Of a stretch of 63,112 nt of DNA, positions 17,906 through 25,497 are shown in pieces. The translations under genes and the position numbers were made by a program. The DNA comes from an uncultured Clostridia bacterium. Lineage in GTDB: Bacteria > Bacillota > Clostridia > Oscillospirales > Acutalibacteraceae. Each line of letters starts with the position of its first letter. Positions within the stretch are counted from its first letter, which is position 1. The notes under the pieces were generated by a model. The model was given only the letters and a program-made list of their open reading frames with translations, made no database searches and was not told the DNA's origin. The DNA is taken from NCBI GenBank assembly GCA_937899735.1, contig CALBQZ010000164.1, positions 1 to 63,112 of the forward strand, given 5' to 3'.

Positions 17906-19954
17906 TTATGACTGACTAGCAAGTTTTAAGATATTTCTCGCATCAATCGCCGTTACAGTGCCATCACCGTTGGTATCAGCAAGTTTCATTTGCTGTGAAG
18001 TCAATGTTATATTCCCTGATGCAGCTTTCAACGCAATTCTCGCATCTATGGCAGTAATTTGGTTATCACCATTCAAATCACCAAGTAAAGAATCTTCTGT
18101 AACAACAACTTTACAAGTTGCCGTCAAGCTACCGACTTTTGCTGTAATTATTGCTTCCCCTTCACCCACAGCAGTCATTTTACCATTTTCTACAGTAACA
18201 ACATTTTTATTAGATGTTGTCCAGACAACTGTTTTATCATCTGTGGTGTTCTCCGGGTTATATGTAACGGTTAAGTTATAAGACTCGCCCTTATCTAATG
18301 TCAGTTCTGTCTTATCAAGTGTAATTGATTTTAAAGGAACTTTATTAGCGTTTCCACGAATCACTTCAATTGTATAAGTTCTTTCGTCACCATTTTCTGC
18401 TGTTACTACAACCTTAATATGGTTAATACCTTCCTTGAGAGATATTTTGCCCGTATTCTTTACGGTAGCCTTTGTACTAACCGTCTTTGCCGAAATATTA
18501 ACATATGAAACAGAATTTTCAACTGAAATTGAATATCCACTAGTTTTTGAGCCACTGAAATCCAAAGCATATCCATCAACAGTAAGTGATTTTAACCAGT
18601 TATTAGGACTCGCATTTGATGCAACCGGTAATTCACATGCTTTTGTTGGCATATTTTTATAATAAGGAATGATAAATGTAAAACTATTATCCATTATTCC
18701 CATTTCATTATATGTCTTTTTAATATGCACTGATTCTGTTACAGGTGCAGTAATATTAGCCATATATTGATGATTCCAGTTCTTATTAACAACATTATAC
18801 TTCTGATAGTACAAAGTATCCTGATTATTGTTAATATAACCATTACCAATCCATTTTGCTCCACCTACAATTGCCTTATAAGGTGAATTCCATGGCAACA
18901 TATATTTTTCCTTTTCAGCACTAGATGCATCCTTACCTGATGCATATCTTAAACCAGATGAAATCGGGTCACTACCGGAGGCAGCCATAATATTATAAAA
19001 ATTATAATATCCTTTATATCCCGAATATGTACCACTTACTGAGCCACTACCATCAACACCAACTTCTTGAATTGTTCTTGATGCTAGATGAAATGGACTA
19101 ACTCCGGAAATTTTAGCAGCATCCATATATGCTTGTGCATAGGTTACTTTGTTTCCATTCATATCGGTAATAGTTTTACCATCCATAAATGAGCCTCTAA
19201 TAATCCTTTGAACGCCCTCTATTGTATGAGTTTCTTCGTCATAAGACAAAGCCTCAAACATAAAAATATTACTTTCATTGAAAAAGTTTCTTGGGTCCAT
19301 ATAATATTGAATAGTTTTATCATTGGCATGGTACCACCCGCCACTATCAGTCATAATCCAACTATCTGTTGACCAATTATAACATCCACTTTCTGTAGAA
19401 CGGTATGACAAAGGAAAAGTCTTGTATATCATACTTTTCATTTTGTCACCTTGTGCATCATTTGACACTAATGATGACCATTCAATTCCGGTATCATAAA
19501 ACCTAAAAGTCCAATTAGGGTGTGCTGCAACAAGATCTTTAATATATTCCTTGTATATTTCAGGTACATCGTCAAGAAGTTCTACATTACCTGAAGAATC
19601 GACTACTCTGACATATTTAGTTGATACATAACCTTCTAATTCAGCATTATTATACTTAAATTTAACATAATACCATGTTGGATTATCTGTATCATTATCG
19701 CTATTAACTGTCTTGATAATAGAAACCTGCTGACCCACATAAAGTAAAACAGTGTCCCCATTATATGTAAGTTTATTGTCTATCTTACTTGTTGGTGTTT
19801 TTCTTACATATAAACCATTGTCAGCAGTTACATATCCTATCTTAGTTTCTGCACTAGCATACACAGAAACCATTCCAAACAATGAAATTAAGGTTGAAAT
19901 AACTAAAACAAGAGATATAAGTCTATTAAAAAACTTATTCTTCAATTTTTCCAC
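17906..19954 (-). CDS. secreted multidomain peptidoglycan hydrolase: SH3b - glucosaminidase-like - cadherin-like beta sandwich - Big_2 - dockerin
   Basis: Signal peptide (..VYASA). SH3-like GYVTADNGLYVRKTP, Big_2-like ITLDKTELTLDKGESY..ITAKV, and two dockerin Ca-binding repeats (DLNGDNQITAIDARIAL and DTNGDGTVTAIDARNIL). Confidence 0.7.
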   Translation of the reverse strand: MEKLKNKFFNRLISLVLVISTLISLFGMVSVYASAETKIGYVTADNGLYVRKTPTSKIDNKLTYNGDTVLLYVGQQVSIIKTVNSDNDTDNPTWYYVKFKYNNAELEGYVSTKYVRVVDSSGNVELLDDVPEIYKEYIKDLVAAHPNWTFRFYDTGIEWSSLVSNDAQGDKMKSMIYKTFPLSYRSTESGCYNWSTDSWIMTDSGGWYHANDKTIQYYMDPRNFFNESNIFMFEALSYDEETHTIEGVQRIIRGSFMDGKTITDMNGNKVTYAQAYMDAAKISGVSPFHLASRTIQEVGVDGSGSVSGTYSGYKGYYNFYNIMAASGSDPISSGLRYASGKDASSAEKEKYMLPWNSPYKAIVGGAKWIGNGYINNNQDTLYYQKYNVVNKNWNHQYMANITAPVTESVHIKKTYNEMGIMDNSFTFIIPYYKNMPTKACELPVASNASPNNWLKSLTVDGYALDFSGSKTSGYSISVENSVSYVNISAKTVSTKATVKNTGKISLKEGINHIKVVVTAENGDERTYTIEVIRGNANKVPLKSITLDKTELTLDKGESYNLTVTYNPENTTDDKTVVWTTSNKNVVTVENGKMTAVGEGEAIITAKVGSLTATCKVVVTEDSLLGDLNGDNQITAIDARIALKAASGNITLTSQQMKLADTNGDGTVTAIDARNILKLASQS

Positions 19955-20001
19955 TTCCTTTTACAATTATGTGTTTATTTTAACAAAAAACAGTAAAATC
20001 G

Positions 20002-21216
20002 TCAAGTTACATATAATTCCATTTGTTTTATTATATTTTCATTTTCTATCGCTATAGTTCTGTTTTCATCAAGTCCTAACAAATTAGAAAATGAATAAAA
20101 AGCAATTCCATCTGCATTATTATCAAAAGAATGCTTTATCTGTCGCGCAATTATATTTGTAGAATCTAACCACTCATTTATTCCGTTTCCAGCATATATA
20201 TCCTTTTTCCCTGATTTGTACAATCCTAATCCAATTATAATTATGCACTCCTTATCATTTTTTGACATCCATTCATTCAAAACTCTTTCAAACGGCATAT
20301 TTTCATTGTTATAACCGTAATAAATTTGTGGAATAATATAATCTACATACCCAATACTATTCATCCAATGTGTTACATCTGCAAACAACTCATTATAGTT
20401 CTTATTTATATCGCCACTTGGACTGATAGAAAATACAAGATCACTATTATAACTCTTCACTAACGAATAAATTGAGGCAACTAATGAATTGACACACTCC
20501 CGTCTGTAATCATCAATAGATAACAAACCTCCTGACTTTATATATTCGGCATATATACTATCATCTATATCTGTATTTGTTGTTGGATAAAAATAATCAT
20601 CAATATGTATTCCATCAACATAATAATTATCAAGAATTTCTCGTATCCCAGAAAGTATATATGAATTGATTTCGACACACGACGGATTATAATAAATGAA
20701 AGAATCGGATATAATTAGTTTTTCACTACTTTCTTCCAAAAATTGATATGCATAGGATTTCTTATGAATTTTGCTTATATTTCCATCATTTCTAATGCGA
20801 TACGGATTTATCCATGCATGCACTTTAATATCTAACGAATGACAAACATTTATAAAAACCTGAAGAACATCAAATTTCAGTTCACCATTATCGTCGGAAC
20901 AATAAACACTAACCGGAAAAACACTTGATTTGTAAAAACAATCATCAAAAGCTCTTACGTGAATGAAAATATTATTTATTGAATACTTCTTTAGATATTG
21001 AATCTTCTCATAAATCATGGACTCAAAATCAATTATATTATCACTTTTCTCGACAAGCTGTTTGATTTCATAATATGTTATCCATGTGGCAACTATTTTT
21101 TTATTATTCTCGTTAGAAATAGGACTTTCTTTCTCAGCTTCATCAATTTTTGCACATGATGTCAACAGGATTGAGAAAATAATTAGTACGGAAATAAATT
21201 TTTTCAAATTTTTCAC
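20002..21216 (-). CDS. lipoprotein, glycosyl hydrolase-like 10 (GHL10/DUF187, YngK-like)
   Basis: Lipobox LLTSC after a signal sequence. TIM-barrel-like pattern (IFIHVRAF, VHAWINPY, DGIHIDDYFYP). Lies 47 nt downstream of the hydrolase gene. Confidence 0.6.
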   Translation of the reverse strand: MKNLKKFISVLIIFSILLTSCAKIDEAEKESPISNENNKKIVATWITYYEIKQLVEKSDNIIDFESMIYEKIQYLKKYSINNIFIHVRAFDDCFYKSSVFPVSVYCSDDNGELKFDVLQVFINVCHSLDIKVHAWINPYRIRNDGNISKIHKKSYAYQFLEESSEKLIISDSFIYYNPSCVEINSYILSGIREILDNYYVDGIHIDDYFYPTTNTDIDDSIYAEYIKSGGLLSIDDYRRECVNSLVASIYSLVKSYNSDLVFSISPSGDINKNYNELFADVTHWMNSIGYVDYIIPQIYYGYNNENMPFERVLNEWMSKNDKECIIIIGLGLYKSGKKDIYAGNGINEWLDSTNIIARQIKHSFDNNADGIAFYSFSNLLGLDENRTIAIENENIIKQMELYVT

Positions 21217-21234
21217 CTTTTTATTAAAAACATA

Positions 21235-21262
21235 TTGACAAAAGAGTTTTTTATGATATAAT
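21235..21262 (+). promoter_or_regulatory. near-consensus sigma-A promoter with extended -10
   Basis: TTGACA (21235..21240), 16-nt spacer, then TGaTATAAT with TATAAT at 21257..21262. Confidence 0.7.
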
Positions 21263-21264
21263 AA

Positions 21265-21279
21265 CAGTAATCATTACTG
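21265..21279. promoter_or_regulatory. Fur-family 7-1-7 operator (perfect palindrome)
   Basis: CAGTAAT-C-ATTACTG lies 2 nt after the -10 box and 16 nt upstream of the Fur-family gene. Confidence 0.65.
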
Positions 21280-21295
21280 ATAGTGAGGTGAGAAG

Positions 21296-21676
21296 ATGGC
21301 TATAGAACGCAAAAGTAAGCAACGTGATGCAATTATAAATGAGTTATGTTCACGATGTGACCATCCTACTGCTATGGACTTATATCTTTCAGTACGTGAG
21401 ATAATTCCAAATCTTAGTTTGGGAACCCTTTATAGAAATCTTTCTCAACTTGAAGAAAGTGGAATGGTATTAAGGATTCCTGATGGTGCAACTGACCGCT
21501 TTGATGGCAATGTTAATCCTCATGTTCATTTTAAGTGTGTCGGCTGTGGTAAAGTATATGATTTAATGTCATTTAGAAATGACTCAATCACCTTCTCAGA
21601 TGAGATAATAGGAAAAGTAACCAATTACAGTCTTATGGCATTCGGTGAATGTATACACTGTAATAAAATAAATTAA
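21296..21676 (+). CDS. perR: Fur-family transcriptional regulator (PerR-like by context)
   Basis: 126 aa. Winged-helix [18 protein letters not shown] and CIHC zinc-site cysteines. Adjacent to a rubrerythrin gene. Confidence 0.75.
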   Translation: MAIERKSKQRDAIINELCSRCDHPTAMDLYLSVREIIPNLSLGTLYRNLSQLEESGMVLRIPDGATDRFDGNVNPHVHFKCVGCGKVYDLMSFRNDSITFSDEIIGKVTNYSLMAFGECIHCNKIN

Positions 21677-21702
21677 ATTTTATATTTTTGGAGGAAAAAG
21701 AA

Positions 21703-22248
21703 ATGAAAAAATTTGTATGTTCAGTATGTGGTTATGTACACGAAGGAGATTCAGCACCAGAAAGATGCCCACAGTGCAAAGTTCCTGCTGACAAATTCAA
21801 CGAAATTAAAGAAGATGAAAGAACTTGGGCTGCAGAACACGTAGTAGGTGTGGCACAAGGCGTTTCAGAAGATATCATTATGGACCTTAGAGCTAACTTT
21901 GAAGGCGAATGTTCAGAAGTTGGTATGTACCTTGCTATGGCACGAGTTGCACACCGTGAAGGCTATCCTGAAATTGGTCTTTACTGGGAAAAGGCTGCAT
22001 GGGAAGAAGCAGAACACGCAGCAAAGTTTGCTGAACTTCTTGGTGAGGTTGTAACAGACAGCACAAAGAAAAACCTTGAAATGAGAGTTGACGCTGAAAA
22101 CGGTGCAACAGCAGGTAAATTTGACCTTGCAAAACGTGCTAAAGAACAAGGTCTTGATGCAATCCACGATACAGTTCATGAAATGGCTCGTGATGAGGCA
22201 AGACACGGTAAAGCGTTTGAAGGTCTTCTTAAGAGATATTTCAACTAA
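21703..22248 (+). CDS. reverse rubrerythrin (N-terminal rubredoxin-like domain + ferritin-like diiron domain)
   Basis: ATG at 21703 with GGAGG 8 nt upstream. CSVCGY..CPQC rubredoxin motif at the N-terminus, then EGECSE..EAEH..DEARH diiron ligand motifs. Confidence 0.85.
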   Translation: MKKFVCSVCGYVHEGDSAPERCPQCKVPADKFNEIKEDERTWAAEHVVGVAQGVSEDIIMDLRANFEGECSEVGMYLAMARVAHREGYPEIGLYWEKAAWEEAEHAAKFAELLGEVVTDSTKKNLEMRVDAENGATAGKFDLAKRAKEQGLDAIHDTVHEMARDEARHGKAFEGLLKRYFN

Positions 22249-22269
22249 TCCCCTATTATAGAGAAAAAC

Positions 22270-22305
22270 AGGACCTCCGATTGTTAACCGGAGGTCTTAA
22301 TTTTT
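22270..22305 (+). terminator. intrinsic terminator
   Basis: GACCTCCG (22272..22279) pairs with CGGAGGTC (22289..22296), followed by TTAATTTTT. Confidence 0.75.
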
Positions 22306-22438
22306 AGAAATTTAAAACATATTTAATAATTATCTATTATAGTTAATCCATTATCTCTCCTAGTTATTTCAAGTGTTATTGCATTTAATTTTATTTTGCT
22401 GTAAAATACTTACAATACTTATTTGTGGAGTTGCTAAT

Positions 22439-22858
22439 ATGAAAATACTTGTAATAGATGGTCAGGGTGGTCAGTTAGGTAGTCAGCTTATCAAAGCCAT
22501 TCGTAATAAATATAGTGATATGCACATTATGGCAGTCGGCACAAATGCAACGGCTACTGCATCAATGATGAAAGCAGGTGCAAATCAAGGTGCAACGGGT
22601 GAAAATCCCGTTATAGTTGCAAGTCGCAAGGCAGATGTGATTATCGGGCCAATCGGCATTGTTATTGCTGATGCATTACTTGGTGAGATTACTCCTAAAA
22701 TGGCTGTTACCATAGGTCAGAGTAATGCGACTAAAATACTTATTCCTATCAACAAATGTGAAAATCTTGTCGCAGGTGTACAGAATCTTACAACTACTGC
22801 ACTTATTGAAGATACACTTAAAAAATTGCAAGAAACAATCCACAAAAAATGTATTTGA
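22439..22858 (+). CDS. DUF3842 family protein
   Basis: ATG at 22439 with GGAG 8 nt upstream. MKILVIDGQGGQLGSQLIKAIR..MAVGTNATATASMMKAGA..GENPVIV matches what I recall of DUF3842. Confidence 0.65.
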   Translation: MKILVIDGQGGQLGSQLIKAIRNKYSDMHIMAVGTNATATASMMKAGANQGATGENPVIVASRKADVIIGPIGIVIADALLGEITPKMAVTIGQSNATKILIPINKCENLVAGVQNLTTTALIEDTLKKLQETIHKKCI

Positions 22859-23048
22859 CACTTGTAATTCGACAAATTTTGTGATAGTATTATCACAGTT
22901 GTTCAGAAGAATAACATAGAACAGAAGTTCTTTTTCATTTACACAATTAATTTTACGATACTATGAAGGTGTTGTTTTCTCAGAAGAGATGACTGCGCCT
23001 TTTTTGTTTAAGTTGGTATGTATAATCCAACTTAAGAAAGGAACTTTT

Positions 23049-23588
23049 ATGAAAACAAAAAAGCTTGTATTAAACATCTCATTATCAGGCATGTTCTTAG
23101 CTTTGGCTTATGTAATGCCATTTCTTACAGGACAAATTCGTGAAATCGGCTCAATGCTCTGCCCAATGCACATTCCTGTTCTTCTTTGTGGATTTGTATG
23201 TGGCGCTCCTTACGGACTTGTTATCGGTGCGATTGCCCCAATTCTTCGTTCACTGACACTTGGTATGCCTATACTTTTTCCGACTGCAACTGCTATGGCA
23301 TTTGAACTTGCAGTTTACGGTCTTATGTCCGGGCTTCTTTACAAAGCATTATCAAAAAAGAAAATCAATATCTATGTTTCACTTATCGGTGCTATGGTTG
23401 TTGGTCGTATTGTATGGGGACTTACAATGGTTTGCATTATGGGTTTTGACTTTTCAAGATTTGGTTTTACAGTATTCTGGACAGGTGCAGTTGTTAATGC
23501 AATCCCCGGAATTATCGTACAGATTATTCTTATTCCAATCGTTGTAATGCTTTTAGAAAAAGCAAAACTTATATCAAATAAAAAGTAA
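23049..23588 (+). CDS. ECF-type transporter S component, substrate unknown
   Basis: ATG at 23049 (AAAGGA 6 nt upstream). About 180 aa with six hydrophobic helices and a PMHIPVLLCG motif. No ECF A/T genes nearby. Confidence 0.6.
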   Translation: MKTKKLVLNISLSGMFLALAYVMPFLTGQIREIGSMLCPMHIPVLLCGFVCGAPYGLVIGAIAPILRSLTLGMPILFPTATAMAFELAVYGLMSGLLYKALSKKKINIYVSLIGAMVVGRIVWGLTMVCIMGFDFSRFGFTVFWTGAVVNAIPGIIVQIILIPIVVMLLEKAKLISNKK

Positions 23589-23670
23589 AAATTCATCAGT
23601 TCAACTGAAATGACAAATGACAAAGCTCAGACCATTGAAAAAGGTAATCGAATTAAAACGATAACAGCAT

Positions 23671-23699
23671 AAAAAATCTCCCTAATGGGAGATTTTTTT
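23671..23699. terminator. bidirectional intrinsic terminator (S-component gene / spoVM convergent)
   Basis: ATCTCCC (23676..23682), loop TAAT, GGGAGAT (23687..23693). It is flanked by A6 and T7 runs and overlaps the spoVM stop codon. Confidence 0.85.
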
Positions 23700-23784
23700 A
23701 TTGTAATTCTGTTTTCTTTATACCAAATATTTTTCTTAATATTCCACCTAAAAGCTTTGGACTTTTTACTAAAACAACTTTCAT
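23698..23784 (-). CDS. spoVM: stage V sporulation protein M (28 aa)
   Basis: Not in the ORF track. The reverse complement reads MKVVLVKSPKLLGGILRKIFGIKKTELQ, compared with B. subtilis SpoVM MKFYTIKLPKFLGGIVRAMLGSFRKD. GGGGAG RBS upstream; same position after thiN as in B. subtilis. Confidence 0.75.
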   Translation of the reverse strand: MKVVLVKSPKLLGGILRKIFGIKKTELQ

Positions 23785-23798
23785 GGTTTCCGTCTCCC

Positions 23799-23942
23799 CT
23801 AACCTTTGCAAAGGGTAAATCCACATATTACAAGTGCAATAGCTAGTAATACAATTATGGCCTTTTCGGGAAGAATTAAAGAAACCAACAATCCAAGACC
23901 TAATGCCACGAATATAATTCCTTTATTGCTTTTTCTTCCCAT
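23799..23942 (-). CDS. small membrane protein (47 aa), uncharacterised
   Basis: Not in the ORF track. Reads MGRKSNKGIIFVALGLGLLVSLILPEKAIIVLLAIALVICGFTLCKG, with two hydrophobic helices. GGGGGAG lies 5 nt upstream of the ATG, and the stop lies 14 nt before the spoVM ATG. Confidence 0.5.
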   Translation of the reverse strand: MGRKSNKGIIFVALGLGLLVSLILPEKAIIVLLAIALVICGFTLCKG

Positions 23943-23999
23943 AAAAACTCCCCCTTGCATATGTATTTTACTACATTATACGTAAGGGGGATTATTTTG

Positions 24000-24632
24000 T
24001 TACATTTGTGTTTCAATAATAATCAGTGTACCTTTTTCAACAGAGATTTCACCGTAATCTTCCACAATATCATTACTGATACCCATCGGTAAAAAGGGAT
24101 TTAAAGTATAGTCTTCTATCAAATAGTGAAAACCTTTTTCAGTAACTCCATAAGCTTTTTCTCCAAAGGCAAAAACTGAAATTTGCTTGTTTGGTGAAAA
24201 AGGAATGACTAACTTTGAATCGGTAATTGCATAAAATATATGCTTTTCATCAATTATGCTGAACTTATTACCTTCTTTTGACGCCCTTGCCATAACGGAA
24301 ATATTGGCGAATGTATGTTCAAATCTACCACCAGTGCCACCTAACAACAAAAAGTTATTAAAACCACGCTTAACACCTTCATTATATGCCGCCTCACAGT
24401 CTGTAAGGTCTTTTTCAACAGGGAAAGTGATAGTTTCCACATTTTGGGGAAAACACGTTATAGAGTCAAAATCGCCAATTAGAAGGTCCGGGTTAATATT
24501 CGCCTTGACAGCCATATCATAACCACTATCAGCACAAATAACATAATCATTTTCAGAAATACTTGATTCTATCAGTTCAGGTGTGCAGTCCCCTCCACCG
24601 ATTATAACACATCTTGAATTTATATTTCCCAT
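24000..24632 (-). CDS. thiN: thiamine diphosphokinase
   Basis: 210 aa with IGDFDS, LLGGTGGRFEH and the C-terminal thiamine-binding domain pattern. Confidence 0.85.
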   Translation of the reverse strand: MGNINSRCVIIGGGDCTPELIESSISENDYVICADSGYDMAVKANINPDLLIGDFDSITCFPQNVETITFPVEKDLTDCEAAYNEGVKRGFNNFLLLGGTGGRFEHTFANISVMARASKEGNKFSIIDEKHIFYAITDSKLVIPFSPNKQISVFAFGEKAYGVTEKGFHYLIEDYTLNPFLPMGISNDIVEDYGEISVEKGTLIIIETQM

Positions 24633-25492
24633 TCTTTAATTTCCTTTGCCTGATTATACATCTGTACATAATTATTATGTCTTGACTTGCTTATAAGACC
24701 GTCTTTAACAGCCTGACATATTGAACATCCTTTATCATTCACGTGAGCACATGATGTAAATTTACATGTTCCTAAATATTCCCTGAATTCACGAAAGCAA
24801 TATGGTAATTCATCCTTTTTTATTATTTCAGTCTTTTCAAAATCCAAGGACGAAAATCCCGGTGTATCTATAACATAACCACCACAAGTAGAAAACAGCT
24901 GTGCTTGTCGTGTGGTATGACGACCACGACCTAACTTATCACTTATTGCTCCTGTTGAAAGATTAAGAGAACTGTCAAGTTTATTAAGTAATGTACTTTT
25001 GCCTACACCCGAATTTCCGGTAAATGCACTGATTTTACCCTTCATAATCTCCTTGATTTTATCAAGTGACTCATCATTATCAAGAGTGATAACAGTTATA
25101 CCACAGTTTTTATAATTCTCAACAATTTCGTCATAGGATGATAAATCAGTTTTTGAAATTATAATATATGGTTCAATATTCTTATGTTCGGCGATAGCAA
25201 TTAATTTATCAATGACAAAATAATTAGGTCTTGGTTCAACCGTGGATACAACAATTAAAAGATTATCAATATTCGATACAGGTGGTCTCACAAGAAAGTT
25301 TTTTCTGTCATAAATTTTATCGATTGTGTTTTCTGCATTTTCATTTACAGAAATTTCAACACAATCACCAACAAGAGGTGTTATTCTGCTCTTTCTGAAA
25401 ATACCTCTTGCTTTACATTCATATATCGCATTGGCGACTTCAACATAATAGAAGCCGCCAATACCTTTTGTTATAATACCTTTAAAACTCAT
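24620..25492 (-). CDS. rsgA: ribosome small-subunit-dependent GTPase A
   Basis: OB-fold N-terminus, circularly permuted GTPase (SKTDL .. GNSGVGKSTL), and a C-terminal CxFxxCxHxxxxxC zinc motif. Confidence 0.9.
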   Translation of the reverse strand: MSFKGIITKGIGGFYYVEVANAIYECKARGIFRKSRITPLVGDCVEISVNENAENTIDKIYDRKNFLVRPPVSNIDNLLIVVSTVEPRPNYFVIDKLIAIAEHKNIEPYIIISKTDLSSYDEIVENYKNCGITVITLDNDESLDKIKEIMKGKISAFTGNSGVGKSTLLNKLDSSLNLSTGAISDKLGRGRHTTRQAQLFSTCGGYVIDTPGFSSLDFEKTEIIKKDELPYCFREFREYLGTCKFTSCAHVNDKGCSICQAVKDGLISKSRHNNYVQMYNQAKEIKEWEI

Positions 25493-25497
25493 ATAGA

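Noticed and set aside
23012-23042. The hairpin GTTGG-N10-CCAAC plus an A-rich tail with the SD is superficially the size and shape of a preQ1-I riboswitch. It also contains TATAAT, which could be a -10 box.
   Set aside because: The loop (UAUGUAUAAU) lacks the conserved preQ1-I loop nucleotides as I remember them. The S-component does not resemble QueT. No acceptable -35 lies 16-18 nt upstream of the TATAAT. It is kept only as part of the spacer finding.
22989-23048. 20-codon N-terminal extension of the ECF S-component ORF.
   Set aside because: It has no RBS. The ATG at 23049 is preceded by AAAGGA and gives the usual short basic N-terminus before helix 1.
22861-23048. Checked the spacer for TPP, FMN, SAM, THF, cobalamin and T-box signatures.
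   Set aside because: I found no CUGAGA/ACCUGAUCUGGAUAAUGCCAGCG-type TPP core, no RFN or S-box core, and no T-box sequence. It cannot be assigned to a known class by eye.
23627-23824. 65-aa minus-strand ORF from the track.
   Set aside because: It spans the bidirectional terminator and reads a different frame from the SpoVM-like peptide. It has no RBS and a nonsensical composition. The two small RBS-preceded ORFs explain the region better.
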